NCBI GenBank assembly: GCA_950097015.1
Contig: CATNEN010000001.1
Location: 15,624,001-15,688,000 of the forward strand
Reading direction: 5' to 3'
Source of the DNA: Macrostomum hystrix
Lineage: Eukaryota; Animalia; Platyhelminthes
DNA: 64,000 bases
Shown piece after piece: positions 62,839-64,000 of this stretch. Position 1 is the stretch's first letter. Each line of letters starts with the position of its first letter. The position numbers and the translations under genes are program-made. Under the pieces are notes generated by a model. That model ran no database searches, was not told the DNA's origin, and was given only the letters and a program-made list of their open reading frames with translations.

Positions 62839-64000
62839 TTACTGCTCTGAGCTAGCACTGGGGCTAGAGGTTGTACTGGAAGTGGTTCCGGTGCTGGTTT
62901 CAGTTCCAGACTCTCCCGACGAAGGGGTCGAAGGGAGGGTTTCAGCGACAGCACCCGCCTCTCTTTCCGGAAGGCGTGAGATCGGGGCTACATGTGTGGT
63001 CTGGTGTGGCAGAGTGACTAAATTGAAGTCGTCAGTTGATAGCCGCGATTGGCTAGAGGATGATTCTGATTGGTTGGACGTGGTTGAAGAGAAGCCAGCA
63101 ATGTTGGCTGGTCCGTAGCGATTGACTATGTCTTGGTAAGATGGCTGTCTGATATAGGGCTTGAGCCTGTCTATGTTATAGATGTTGTGCTTCGGGTTTG
63201 GGACCCGGTTGGATGTGTGGGTGAGTCCTAATTCAGGCGCTAAGCGATAAGTGCGTTCTGAGCAGCGCTGAATGACTTTATATGGTCCTAACCACACGGA
63301 TGGTTCGATTCCCTTGTGGTTTGGGTTGAGCACCCAGACTAGCTCTCCATCGTTAAATTCGGTGCGAAGGGCACTTCGGTCGTAATAGCGCTTTTGTCTC
63401 TGTTGGGCCATGCCCCTAATGTTGCGGGCTAAGGCTGAGACTTCGACTAGCGTCTTGTGGAGTTGGTGAGCGAATTGCTCTGGCTGATAGTGATCTCCCT
63501 TAGGAGGGTTGTGAATGAGGTCTAACGGTAGGTCGAGTTCATGACCTAGGAATAACTTGGCAGGTGAGAAGCCAGTTGATTCGGCTACTGTGGCTCTAAT
63601 CGACATCGCAGCGAGTCGGCCAGCAAGGGGCCAATCACATTGTCTTTCAAGGCAGATAGCCCGCATTTGAGCCTTGACTGTTTGGATCATACGTTCAGCC
63701 TTGCCGTTGGCTTGAGGTCGGCGAGGGGTGATTCGACCCATGTCGATTTGGAGTAGTCTAGTGAGTTCAGTGAGAGTTCTATTGATGAATGCGGTTCCGT
63801 TGTCGGACACCAATTGTTCCATGGTTCCGTATCGGGCAACCCATTCAGTCAGGATGGTAGTGGCGGTGGTTTCAGCACCTACGTCTGTGACTGGGGTAAC
63901 TTCCACGAACCCTGTGAAGCGGTCTACCATAACGAGTAGGTATTTGAACCCTTCTCGCTCCTCGAATGGCCCAGCATGGTCCACGTGGACCACTTGGTTT
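62839..64000 (-). mobile_element. Ty3/Gypsy integrase (runs off the window)
   Basis: VHVDHAGP, VDRFT, VSDNG, PQANGKAER, GPYKV..IDRLKPY. Confidence 0.93.

Overview
Eukaryotic (metazoan invertebrate-like) DNA made almost entirely of nested transposable elements and satellites; no clear host housekeeping gene. From left to right: two decayed EnSpm/CACTA-type transposase loci, a Ty3/Gypsy RT-RNaseH fragment, and several tRNA-derived SINEs. A minus-strand Helitron-type 3' end at 15789 is followed by minisatellites and a spliced two-OB-fold RPA70-like gene. Two APE+RT+RNase H LINEs sit head-to-tail in (CAG/CAA)n; the first has a 5' HDV-like ribozyme, a 2A (DVEVNPGP) leader and three PHD fingers. 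The main structure is an apparently intact 10.5-kb Foldback/NOF-like Mutator element (30837-41352). It has >2-kb satellite-containing TIRs, a 9-bp TSD, and two convergent genes, one of them a 5-exon ~1094-aa DDE transposase with a USP-like protease tail; it inserted into a Helitron terminator hairpin. After it come an intact spliced KDZ (Kyakuja-Dileera-Zisupton) transposase, more tandem arrays, a 5'-truncated BEL/Pao element with its 3' LTR, and a Gypsy integrase. All family assignments are from motif recognition by eye; no searches were run.
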